Part shown: piece after piece, positions 19,946 to 30,351 of the stretch | Numbering within the stretch: the first letter of the stretch is position 1 | Layout: each line of letters opens with the position of its first letter | Source: Octopus bimaculoides | Lineage: Eukaryota | NCBI RefSeq assembly: GCF_001194135.2 | Contig: NC_068988.1 | Coordinates: forward strand, 30,305,802 to 30,340,784 | Length of the DNA: 34,983 nt | Direction: 5' to 3' | Position numbers and translations under genes: made by a program | The notes under the pieces: model-generated | The model's database searches: none | The model's input: the letters and a program-made list of their open reading frames with translations, nothing else | Told to the model about the DNA's origin: nothing

Positions 19946-20095
19946 AAGAGTTAGCCATTTACAGCTGAGAGAACTGGAAGTGAAGTGGAATAAAGTGTTT
20001 ACTTCAAGAACACAACATGCAGCCAATCTGGGAATTAAATCAACAGTCTCACAATTTTGAGTGCAACATGTGTAACCACAAGGCCATGTTCCTTC
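19946..20095 (-). mobile_element. Older CORE-like SINE that hosts the D' insertion
   Basis: GTGGAATAAAGTGTTTACTTCAAGAACACAAC...GGGAATTAAATC...TAACCACAAGGCCATG is a more diverged version of the D' head. Confidence 0.55.
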
Positions 20096-20689
20096 ATGCA
20101 TTCATATCTGTTACGTTTAAAACCCTCATTCCATTTTTGAATGGAACGTCCAACCAATTTCTCCAGCATGTCACAGTGGTACCAGTTGGCATATTGCAAT
20201 TACGTTTTCAGATGGTATTTGTAATTCTTTTGTTAAGCAGATTATACAGAACTTGTCGTGCCAACTTAGTTAGCAAGTAATTAAAATCAGAGTTAACATT
20301 ATATTAAGATCTCAACAATAAAAAAAAAAATCTGACTCAAAGAATTCTTGTAAATGTTTGAATTGGCAAATACATCAAACCCATGGCAATGGAAAGTTAA
20401 TTAACAATTAACTCTAGATACAATGTTAAATGGTTAATTAGTGTTAAGAAAAGTAGTCAGTCACAAAACACTTGTTATAAAAATTTTTGCAAGTGTTGAA
20501 ATTTTGCCGAAGCAACCAAGCAATGATAGATTAGAAAAACAGATGCAATTAAAAAGCATAAATAAAATATTAAAAAAAGCATGTCAGAAAAGAAAAAGAA
20601 ACCCCTTTAATCTTTAATGTAATTTAGGATAAAAAGTTGGAGGAAATGGCAGTTTGACTAAATGCTTTTACAATATTTATTTATGATTA

Positions 20690-20924
20690 AGGCAGTGAGC
20701 TGGCAGAAATGTTAGCACGCCGGGCGAAATGCTTAGCAGTATTTCGTCTGTCTTTACATTCTGAGTTCAAATTCCACCAAGGTTGACTTTGCCTTTCATC
20801 CAGTTGTAGAAACTTTGCCAGATTAGATTGGAGCCTGGTGCAGCCTCCTGGCTTGCCAGTCCTCAGTCAAACTGTCCAACCCATGCCAACATGGACAACA
20901 GATGTTAAATGATGATGATGATGA
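20690..20924 (+). mobile_element. Chimera of family B head and family C tail
   Basis: The B head runs to GCCTTTCATCC (20800), then continues with AGTTGTAGAAACTTTGCCAGATTAGATTGGAGCC...(GAT)n. CATCC is shared by both parents. Confidence 0.8.
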
Positions 20925-20926
20925 AG

Positions 20927-21000
20927 GTATCAGATGCCAGATCTGGCTGGTTTGAACATAAAAACAGGTAGAATATTTGGATTAAATGGTAAAAAGTTAA
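20927..21000. mobile_element. piggyBac-type MITE, partial right half
   Basis: CAGATCTGGCTGGTTTGAACATAAAAACAGGTAGAATATTTG...AAAAAGTTAA matches 9260-9337. Confidence 0.7.
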
Positions 21001-22079
21001 ATGGAGATGATTCTTATAATTTCTATGTTCTGAAATTCAACTTCTGCCAGAATTTACATTACCCTTTAACGCAAATTGTGTATGTAAAATAAATATCATT
21101 AAGACAGAGGCTAGTAGTATCCTTGGCTTATATTACTCCAGTTATAAAGAGAAAAAAAATGGAAAAAGAAGAAAAACTCTCGCCTGTGTTTAGTTAAAAA
21201 AAGAAATCTTTTACGTATGTGCAAAACGTGTGTGTCAGAGAGAGAGGTTTAAAGAAATATAACTAGAAAATCGTGAATGATACCAAGCCAAAATAGGTTG
21301 TGCAGTTAATGTAGTGCTGATATTTTAGAGAACGGAAAAACATTAAAAAAAAGAAAAAAAAAAAAAATCTGTTAGAGCTTGAATACAAAATTCTGAAAAT
21401 CAGAAACAAAAAAACCAAGTAAAATAAAAATAAAAATAGATTTTTGTTGATTTACTTTCAGTGATTTAGGACTGACAGATGTTGATCAGTCTAATCAATG
21501 AATGATCCATAATGATTGTTTTATGTAAAAGATGGAAGTGTGTAACAGCAAAAAAAAAAAACCCATAAAAAAATGTTGCTTAAAATAAAATGCTATAAGT
21601 TGGAAAATTGTGCGTTTGAAGATGAAAGACGACCACTCGACGTATAAACAAGTGTTGTTTTATGACATGCAGTGTATCAATATTCGTTTAACAAATACGT
21701 CAATATGTTAGCTAACTGCATCTTTTTACACGACCTCACAATGGGTTTTTTTTAAAAATTATTTTGTTTTTACTTCAGAACTAGCTACTTGGCTGACAAA
21801 CAACTTGCCTTTCTGTCTCTTTCCCTTCTTCTCTTCTCTCTTTTGACATATTAACAAGTAGCACCATGGATTTTGATATATTGACATCTGGAAAGATTGT
21901 CTTCCACATTGGTCAGAGGTGCCTGAAGAAGAATTGGTTACATGATCAACCATTTCCATACCAACTGGCCTGCAATCACTCCTAGTTCTATGAGACAAGC
22001 TTCCTGCTTTAAAGTGAATTACATCAAAACTTGCCATCCAAATTTCATATTAATGTAGGTTCTAAACACCAGCATAGGA

Positions 22080-22270
22080 ATTGTTTCAAATTTTGGGATG
22101 AAACCAGCAATTCCAGAAGAGAGAAAAGGGTGGTTACATCAACCCCAATTGGTACTTATTTTATGTAAAGACCCTGGATGGATGATAGGCAAAGTCAGCC
22201 TAGGCAGAATTTGAACTCAGAACATAAAAGAGCCAGATGAAATGCTGCTTAACATTTTGTTGGACACACT
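22080..22270 (-). mobile_element. Family B SINE, diverged
   Basis: ACATCAACCCCA..TGGTACTTATTTT...GGATGATAGGCAAAGTCAGCC...GAATTTGAACTCAGAACATAAA. Confidence 0.7.
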
Positions 22271-22360
22271 AAGAATTAAACACTGGCACCAATAGACAGT
22301 TCTTTTACTAAATCATCATCAGCATCATCATTTAACATCCACCTTTCCATACTTGTATGA

Positions 22361-22585
22361 CATCATCATCATCGTTTAACATCCGTTTTCCATGCTGGCA
22401 TGGGTTGGACGGTTTGACTGAGGGCTGGCAAGCCAGGAGGCTGCACCAGGCTCCAATCTGATCTGGTAATATTTCTACAGCTGGATGCCCTTCCTAATGC
22501 CAACCATTCCAAGAGTGTAGTGGGTGCTTTTTACATGCCACCAGCACAGGAGCCAGTCAGGGGACACTGGCATCAATCACGTTCG
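22361..22585 (-). mobile_element. Family C element
   Basis: CATCATCATCATCGTTTAACATCCGTTTTCCATGCTGGCATGGGTTGGACGG...GGATGCCCTTCCTAATGCCAACCA...GGTGCTTTTTACATGCCACC. Confidence 0.9.
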
Positions 22586-22704
22586 GAGATTAATTGAAAC
22601 AAAATTATTGAATTTCAACAGAAATATGGTAACAAAAGAATTAAAGTAGCCAAACACTGAACTATAAATAAAAAATGAGATTTTATAACCAGAAGTATAT
22701 TTAA

Positions 22705-23206
22705 CCATTTAGCATTAAAACCAATCATATCTGGCCGAATACAGATCAGGCTTATCACACTTGCCTCATAATGTTATTCTAAAAATAAACAATCACGTCA
22801 TTGAAACCTCAAAGCTACAAGTTAATACATGATTAATTTAAAACAGTCTGCTGGAGCCATATAAAAGCATCCATATTAGTGCCACATGCAGGTGTCACGT
22901 AAGAAAGAACCCATGCTGGCAATCCATAAAAAGTACCCATGCTGGTGCCATGTGGAAAGTACCAGTGCTGGCTACCATGTAAAAAGCACCCAGTACACTC
23001 TGTAAAGTGGTTGGCATTAGGAAGGGCATCCAGCCATAGAAACCATTCCAAAGCAGACAATTGAAGCATGGGACAGCTTTCTGGCTTGCCAGTTCCAATC
23101 AAACCATCCAAGCCATGCCAGCATGGAAAATGGACATTAAAGGATGATGATGATGAATGTAAATAATAAGCATAACATTTCATGGTGGAATCTGAATGCT
23201 AAAGGG
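22705..23206. mobile_element. piggyBac-type MITE (22705-22845 plus 23156-23206) split by a family C insertion (22846-23155)
   Basis: TTAA at 22701-22704 and 23207-23210. TIRs CCATTTAGCATT and AATGCTAAAGGG (11/12). Joining the halves restores AAAACAATGT...ATAAGC, as in the reverse complement of the 9128 copy. Confidence 0.8.
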
Positions 23207-23954
23207 TTAACTGAATTTCCTATGGGTTCATGTGACGTCACCATTTGCATATAGATTTAGCATCATTTTGTTTCTGATGTCCAACACCCTCACATCTAAA
23301 TCCAGCATTTGTTCCTTTCTCGCAAGTACCCTCTATTATTAGCATGCTGCTCTTTTCACCCAGCACTCAACTCCTCAACTATTTCAATCACACAAGTCCA
23401 TCACAAGTGCAGTCGTTGTTGTTGCTGCTGTTGCAGACATCAGCTGCTGCCTTTTAATGCTCGGCCATTATGCAGGCTTTATTTGAGCCAGTCACCTTTC
23501 ATGCAAGTCAATGAAGCACATCCAACGGCCGGAGGGGAGCAGGGAGGGGCTGCCTTTACTGATGATTCATATCTAGTTTAATTCTTCAATCAAGCTTTTT
23601 CTACAGAAATCAATAATGTGAAGGGCTAAATTTCCATTTTTATTTTTGTATATACTCGGTCATAACGAATTAAACGAACATTTATTAGTTTATTAATATA
23701 ACAACAGTAAAGAGCAGTGGCTTGGTAGAAGTGGTAGAGAAATAGTTTGCAACCATTTACATTCCAGGTTCAAATTTCACCGAGTATGATTTAACCTTCC
23801 GCCTGTCCAAGTGTGATAAAACTCTCAGATGCCAGCCAAATACTGCATGCAGTCCACAAACTCCCTTGCCAAAACTGCGTGGCCCTATCCTGTGCCTATG
23901 TTGTGAATCAATGCATAACAGTGGGTCTAGGACAAAAAAAATAATAATAAATAG

Positions 23955-24228
23955 TTACTACTACTACTACTACTACTACCACTACCACCACCACCACACC
24001 ACCACTACTACTACCACAGGTACTATTTCTATTACTATTATTACCACTGCTGCTGCTGCTACTTCTACTAATACTACTTCCACCAGTGGTACTATTGCTA
24101 TTACCACCACCACCTGCTACTGCTACCACTACTACTACTACTACTATCCACTGCTGCTGCCACTACTATTACTACCACTGCCATCATTACCACTGGTACT
24201 ATTACCACCACCACTGTTACTACTACTG

Positions 24229-24263
<35 letters not shown>

Positions 24264-24445
24264 GCCACCATTGCTGCTGCTGCTGCTACTACAACTACTT
24301 CTACTACTGCTGCTGCTACTCTACTACTACTTCTACTACTGCTGCTGCTACTACTACTACTTCTACTACTGCTACTACTTCTACTACTGCTGCTACTACT
24401 ACTACCACAACTACTGCTGCTGCTACTACTACTACTACTACTACA
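23955..24445. repeat. Compound (CTA)n/(CCA)n/(CTG)n microsatellite
   Basis: Direct inspection. It generates the poly-Y/T/L/C ORFs. Confidence 0.95.
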
Positions 24446-25116
24446 TTATTTAGCACCAAAGCAAGGTTATGGAGGAGACACTTTATGATGCTGAATTTGT
24501 TTATAACAATTTCTATTTTTCTCTTTTTCTTTTAGTCACACAGTTAAGAGAATTCCCTCTTTGCCATAAATAGTCATAAAACTCTCGATAAAATACTGGA
24601 ATCAAAGAAATCAATTAGAAAAGATAAATAGCTTTATCCACAGCAACAGTAGTCGTTGTTGCTGCTTTACTTACACTTGTTGATGTTGTTGTAATAGCCA
24701 TACGATGCCTAAGATAGATGTATTTCATGGATAAAAGAGAAACAGCAAGAGATTTTTACAAGAAACGGAGAAAAAAAAATTGCTTAAAGAATACTCATAA
24801 TTCATATGAAAAAAATCAGAGATGACAAACACAGAGACATTAGCACTGAGATTGCTTGCTATATACAACATGAACATAGAAACAAACGCATATATAACAG
24901 TGCATGTATGTAGAAATATGTTGTATAATATATTGGAAACAGTAGAGGTATACCACCAGCAGTCAGGAAAATTCTCTTAATGTTCCCATTTGTCAATGGC
25001 AAATAAGTATTCGTGGACATTGTCGTTGTGATTTTCACACACAGATCTCTGTATTTGCAAAAGTATTCAGTAAGTACAATGGATCAAGTGCTGCAGCGTG
25101 GTAAGAAGCTTGTTTC

Positions 25117-25348
25117 TTACGCGACGAGTTGGCAGAATTGTTAGCACACCAAGCGAAAAGTTTAGCAGTATTTTGTCTGCCGTTACGTTCTGAGTTCAAA
25201 TTCGCCGAGGTCAACTTTGCCTTTCATCATTTCGGGGTTGATAAATTAAGTACCAGTTATGCACTGGGGTCGATGTAATCGACTTCAATCCCTTTGTCTG
25301 TCCTTGTTTGTCCCCTCTGTGTGTAGCCCCTTGTGGGCAGTAAAGAAA
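25117..25348 (+). mobile_element. Family B SINE (B2 tail) with a 15-bp TSD
   Basis: TAAGAAGCTTGTTTC at 25102-25116 and 25349-25363. Tail TTTGTCTGTCCTTGTTTGTCCCCTCTG...GCAGTAAAGAAA. Confidence 0.9.
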
Positions 25349-25464
25349 TAAGAAGCTTGTTTCCAAACCACATGATCCTGAGTTCAGTCCCACTGGGTGG
25401 CACCCTGGGCAAGCAACTTCTACTATAACTGCAGGCTGACCAAAGCCTTGTGAGTGGATTTGGT

Positions 25465-25845
25465 GGCACTCTGTCAGTTGCGATGACAAGGGTTTCAGTT
25501 GATCCAATCGACGGAACAGCCTGCTTGTGAAATTAACATGCAAGTGGCTAAGCACTCCACAGACACGTGTGTCCTTAATGTAGTTCTAGGGGAGATTCAG
25601 CGTGACACAGAGTGTGACAAGGCTGGCCCCTTTGAAATACAGGTACAACAGAAACGGAAAAAAAGAGTGAGTGAAAGTTGTGGTGAAAGAGTATGGAAGG
25701 GTTCAACACCAACCCCTGCTGGAGCCTCATGGAACTTAAGGTGTTTTCACTCAATAAACGCTCACAATGTCTGGTTTGGGAATCGAAACCACGATCCTAC
25801 GACTGCAAGTCAGCTGCCCTAACCACTGGGCCATTGCGCCTCCAC
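25465..25845 (-). mobile_element. Family D SINE, full length, with a 12-bp TSD
   Basis: AGTGGATTTGGT at 25453-25464 and 25846-25857. Minus strand head GTGGAGGCGCAATGGCCCAGTGGTTAGGGCAGC...GGTTTCGATTCCC. Confidence 0.9.
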
Positions 25846-26835
25846 AGTGGATTTGGTAGACGAAAACTGAAAGAAGCCTGTCACATGCACACACACACAT
25901 ATGACTCTGTGTGTGTGTGTTTATCCATTTTTGATGGCCAGAGGAGTTACTTCCTTGCAATAACTTAGTTTGTATGAATAATTAATCAATTAATTAATGA
26001 AACAGTTAACCCTCGACCATTCTCATTAGACCCTCAAGTTATGGAGGAAATGACAATGGATTGAGATGTCTGGTGAGATGCAGTTCTTGCAAAGACCTGC
26101 CCACGTCAGTGAAACTGAGTTCTAGAAATGCTGTGTGTTCCACCCACATGCAACAATAAAACCTTCCACACACCCTGCCCCAACAAACCCAACTGCATCT
26201 CTTCTCTCCCTCACATTTCCTCTTTCATACACTAGGCTTATCTCTCACCCCCAATCCTGTCCTCACAGCCCTGCTCACTGGATCATTGCTATCCTGTAGT
26301 ACCCCAGCCCCCCTCTATATACCCAGGTTTTCACCAGTCACTGCACTACTCTTGGCCCTCATGCTCCTTTGGCAATACCTTGCCACTTATATTATGACCT
26401 TCATACCTTGAGGGTATGTCCTGGCACTTGCCACCACCTCTCTCTCTCTCTCTCTCTCTTCCTTCACCATCCCATTTATATTCTGATCTCCATCCCTGTG
26501 AGTATGCCCCAACACTTCATCACCATCTCTCTCCTGTTCTCTCTTACACTCTCGCTGTCTCCCACCCTCTATCTCTTTTTCTCTCACTTTTCCCTCAGCC
26601 TAGATAGCCACGTGTCTCCTTTTCAGCAGCACACCTGTTTCTGTCCTCACTCTTTCTCTCTCTGGCCGGGTAACTATGTACCTCCTCTACAGCAAGACAC
26701 TTGTTTCTGCCTCTCCATCACACTCAAACCTTTCATCATTTAACAAAGATCACCTCCTCCAATGCCCCCTCTCCTCTCAAAGGATCTTTGCTTTCCTCCT
26801 CCAATGTCCCCATCTTCTCTCAAACGATCTTTGTC

Positions 26836-27023
26836 TTGCCATGTAAAAAGCACTGTCCACTCTCCTGGGTGGTTGGTGTTAGGAAGGGCAACCAACTGTA
26901 AAAGCCATGCCAAAACAGACACAGAAGTCTGGGCTTCTGCCTGGCCAACTTCTGTCAAACCATCCAACCCATGCCAGCATGGAAGGTGGACATTGTAGAC
27001 GATGACAACGATGATGATGATGA
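26836..27023 (+). mobile_element. Family C element
   Basis: TGCCATGTAAAAAGCAC...GGTTGGTGTTAGGAAGGGCA...CCAACCCATGCCAGCATGGAAGGTGGAC...(GAT)n. Confidence 0.85.
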
Positions 27024-27039
27024 TATATTGACACTTATA

Positions 27040-27470
27040 TATGGCTAATTTTCCATGTTTGCATGCACTGGATGATATTTGCTGAGGCAGATTTTTCAAT
27101 GGCGAAATGCCTTTCCTGTCACTAACACTTAATATTTCCTCATGGTCGACATGTTTTCGCAGAATATTGGAAAGAAATGACATTCATTTACAACAATCAC
27201 ATGATGTCAAGGCAAGAAATGGTAAAATGTGGCACAGAAGGATGACAAAGGAACACATAGAAAACAAGAAAAAAATACACATAATGGCTGTGTGCATGGT
27301 CACTCCTCATCAGTTACCGACCAAAAGTCATCACAATTTTGACACCTTACATACACACACATCTTTCAGTTTCCATCAATCAAATCCACTAACAGGGCTT
27401 CGGTCAGCGCTAGACTATTGAAGACATCTGTCCAAGGTGTCACACAACAGGACTGAACCCGATACCAGAC
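27040..27470 (-). mobile_element. Composite: family A head, (CA)n, then C2 middle/tail
   Basis: 27345-27470 is the A head reverse complement. 27040-27240 is C2-type (GAGGCAGATTTT...TGCCTTTCCTGTC...GACATGTTTTC...GATGTCAAG). Confidence 0.6.
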
Positions 27471-28001
27471 AGCCACGTCTAATTTTGAGTTGTTCTCATT
27501 TAGCAAACGTCTTAATCTAACACTTTGTGGTGTAACTGAAACCATTACAACAGAGAAGGGTTAAGGTTAACCATTTAAAAAGAAAATATGCAAAAACTAT
27601 GACATTCCCCACACCAGGTATATTTGATTATATTCACAGCTATCAAGTGTCAAAACATTTTTGTTTGATTTCTGTAGCCTGGTCACTGACACAATTCCAT
27701 TGTATCTGCTGAAAAGCATTCATTGGCTGTTTTCTTTAGTTTTCTTCTTTTGACTTCTTAATTACCTTCTTCTTCAAGCACAGGTGTGGTTAACATTTCC
27801 TTATGTCTTTGGTGTGTGAGTGACATCTTTCTTTTCGTTTTGAGATTTTCATATTCAAATCCTTTTCGTTTTTTTTTTTTGTGTTTTGTTGTGCTTGGGG
27901 TAGATATGTAATTAAAATAACAAAACAAACAAACAAACAAATTAAGAAATAAAAATTCCCATGGCTTATAAAACCTAACCAACAGCTGCTTCTCTGAGAG
28001 A

Positions 28002-28147
28002 TTGGCGTTAGGAAGGGCATCCAGCTGTAGAAACTCTGCCAAATTAGATTGGAGCCTGGTGTAGCCATCCGGTTGCACCAGTCCTCAGTCAAATCGTCCA
28101 ACCCATGCTAGCATGGAAAGCGGACGTTAAACGATGATGATGATGAT
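28002..28147 (+). mobile_element. Family C 3' part, little diverged
   Basis: TTGGCGTTAGGAAGGGCATCCAGCTGTAGAAACTCTGCC...GGAAAGCGGACGTTAAAC(GAT)n is nearly identical to 17658-17805. Confidence 0.9.
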
Positions 28148-28217
28148 TGTGGAATACAGTGACCCAATCACTGAAGCGTGACAATACTTTTTAAAGCTTC
28201 ATAATGGATTATACTAA

Positions 28218-28495
28218 GAGGCAGTAAACTGGCAAAATGCTTAGAAGCATTTCTTTTGGATTTTTGCCTTTTGATTCAAATCGCACCAAAGTCAACTTCT
28301 GCTTTTCATCACTTCAGGGTCAATAAAGTACCAGACAAGTACAGAGGTCAATGTATTTGACTTGATCTCTCCTTTCAGAATTGCTGGCCTTGTACCCTGC
28401 AATGGACTGGTGTCCCATCTCAGGAGGAATGTTGTGGTTTTGGTCCCTTATATGCCATGAAAACCCGGTAACTGGCCCAATGAGTCCTAGGGTTA
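28218..28495 (+). mobile_element. Diverged family B SINE followed by a Meta/V-domain-like SINE body (28395-28495)
   Basis: GGCAGTAAACTGGCAAAATGCTTAG...AAGTACCAG, then CCCTGCAATGGACTGGTGTCCCATCTCAGGAGG...GGTAACTGGCCCAA.GAGTCCTAGG, homologous to 34549-34630. Confidence 0.6.
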
Positions 28496-28614
28496 TAGAA
28501 AGAAAAATGAAAAGTTATACTATTAAGAATTATATAAAAGTGAATACAACAGTGTTTTGAGCATCTAAACTGCCATCAAGACACTTCTCTGGTGTAATTG
28601 TGTGTGTGTGCACT

Positions 28615-29130
28615 CAACTGACTTCATGTTGGTATGGGTCAGATAAGACTTGTAAAGGCAGAATTCTATGGCTGGATGCCCTTCCTGATTCCAAACTCAA
28701 CTTGTTTTCAGTCCTTGTTTTATTCAACTGGTCTTTGCACACCAATCCACCAAACTTCAGTGTATATTGTTAATGCAGGACACAGACAAACATCACCTTG
28801 GCTTCAGGAGTGTCAATGTGATGATACGCTGAAATAAACAACTGCTCATACACACAAGCACGTGTACAGGTGTGTGTTCATTTTAATCTTGTATTTGTTT
28901 CAGTCTGCGCCTAAGCTGACCATCTCAAAGAATTTTAGTTGAACAAATCAACTCCAAGACTTACATATACACATATGACAGGCTTCTTTCAGTTTCTGTC
29001 TACCAAATCCATTCACAAAGCTATGGTTGGCCTTGGGCTATAGTAGAAGACACTTGCCCAAGGAGCCTTGTGGTGGGACTGAAACCAGAACCATGTAGTT
29101 GGGAAGCAAAATTTTAACTACACAGCCAAG
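28615..29130 (-). mobile_element. Composite: family A head and middle plus a C2-like tail
   Basis: 28975-29130 is the A head reverse complement (TAGTAGAAGACACTTGCCCAAGG). 28625-28700 reads CATGTTGGTATGGGTC...GGCTGGATGCCCTTCCTG. Confidence 0.6.
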
Positions 29131-29384
29131 CCATTTCTTCATATTTATAGCTGTTTTTGTATAATTGCAAGGGTTAAATGAATATGTCATTAAGGCACTG
29201 TTTTAAAACTGGGTGTTCTTCATGTTGCCAACGATTACCAATTTTTTAAAGCAAGGAATCTCTTATTTCACAAGGCTTTGAGGGCATGATGTGAGTGGCT
29301 GATTTCTGATGGAAGAGCTGACAATACCACCAGACATACACACAAAAGCTTTCATAGAAGTGAACGGAATACACAATTTTATTC

Positions 29385-29730
29385 TCTTGCTTGGAAATAG
29401 GTAAAGGTTGGCAACAAGAAGGGCGTCTGCTCATAAAAAAGTCTGTCTCAATAAAATTCATCCAACCCATGCAAGCATGGAAAAAAAGACATTAAAATAA
29501 TGATATATAGGCACAGGAGTGTCTGTGTGGTAAGTAGCTTGCTTACCAACCACATGGTTCTGGGTTCAGTCCCACTGCATGGCACCTTGGGCAAGTGTCT
29601 TCTACTACGGGGGGTCGATAAATTAAGTACCAGTTACGCACTAGAGTTGATGTAATCAACTTAACCCCTTTGTCTGTCCTTGTTTGTCCCCTCTATGTTT
29701 AGCCCCTTGTGGGCAATAAAGAAATAAGAA
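29385..29730 (+). mobile_element. C2 tail (29385-29505), family A head (29510-29607) and family B2 tail (29608-29730) in series
   Basis: CTTGCTTGGAAATAGG..GGTTGGCAACAAGAAGGGC; GGCACAGGAGTGTCTGTGTGGTAAGTAGC; GGGGTCGATAAATTAAGTACCAG...GGGCAATAAAGAAATAAG. Confidence 0.75.
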
Positions 29731-30282
29731 TCATTACTACGATGGACAAAAGGCTTAGTTGTATTTCTTCTGGCTTTTACATCCTGAGTTTAAAAACTGC
29801 TGCGGTCACCTTTGTTTTGGATCATTTTGGGGTTGATGAAACAAGTACCAGTTGAGTTCTGGGGCAAAAACCCTCTCCCCTAAAATTGCTGGTCTCGCAG
29901 CAAAGTTTGGAACTAATACTTCATAAAGCGCTGATTTTATGGGGTTGCTCATAACAGCGATAAGAAGACACAGCTCCAGTAAACATTTCATGCCAGCATC
30001 TAAATTTACACAACACTGAGCTAAAATTGAAGAACGAACACAAAAAACCCCCCATTTAAACTATACTATTAGATAATAGAAATCAGGAAAGGCAAAAATA
30101 CCAGATAGAAGAAATGAACAAAAATAAGAAGAGATAATTAAAAAAAAAAATATTGACAACTCAAATAAAGATTTATAGCTTAGAATATTTTCAATCAAAA
30201 GTATTTTTATATCAATATTTCCATCAAACAGTCAATTCGTTGTACATAATTTTAGACAAGATACTAGTCTAGCTGTGGATGG

Positions 30283-30295
30283 AAAGAGAGATAGG

Positions 30296-30351
<56 letters not shown>

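Larger units (their letters stand above)
25088..25915 (+). mobile_element. Family A SINE hosting two younger insertions
   Basis: The A segments 25088-25116, 25364-25464 and 25858-25915 join into one colinear A element. Confidence 0.85.

Noticed and set aside
23866-24535. 195-aa and 149-aa Thr/Tyr/Leu-rich ORFs (mucin-like appearance)
   Set aside because: Pure CTA/CCA/CTG microsatellite, open in several frames, with no supported splice signals.
27300-27320. Second CUGAUGAG hammerhead-like heptamer on the minus strand
   Set aside because: No helix II or GAAA core follows.
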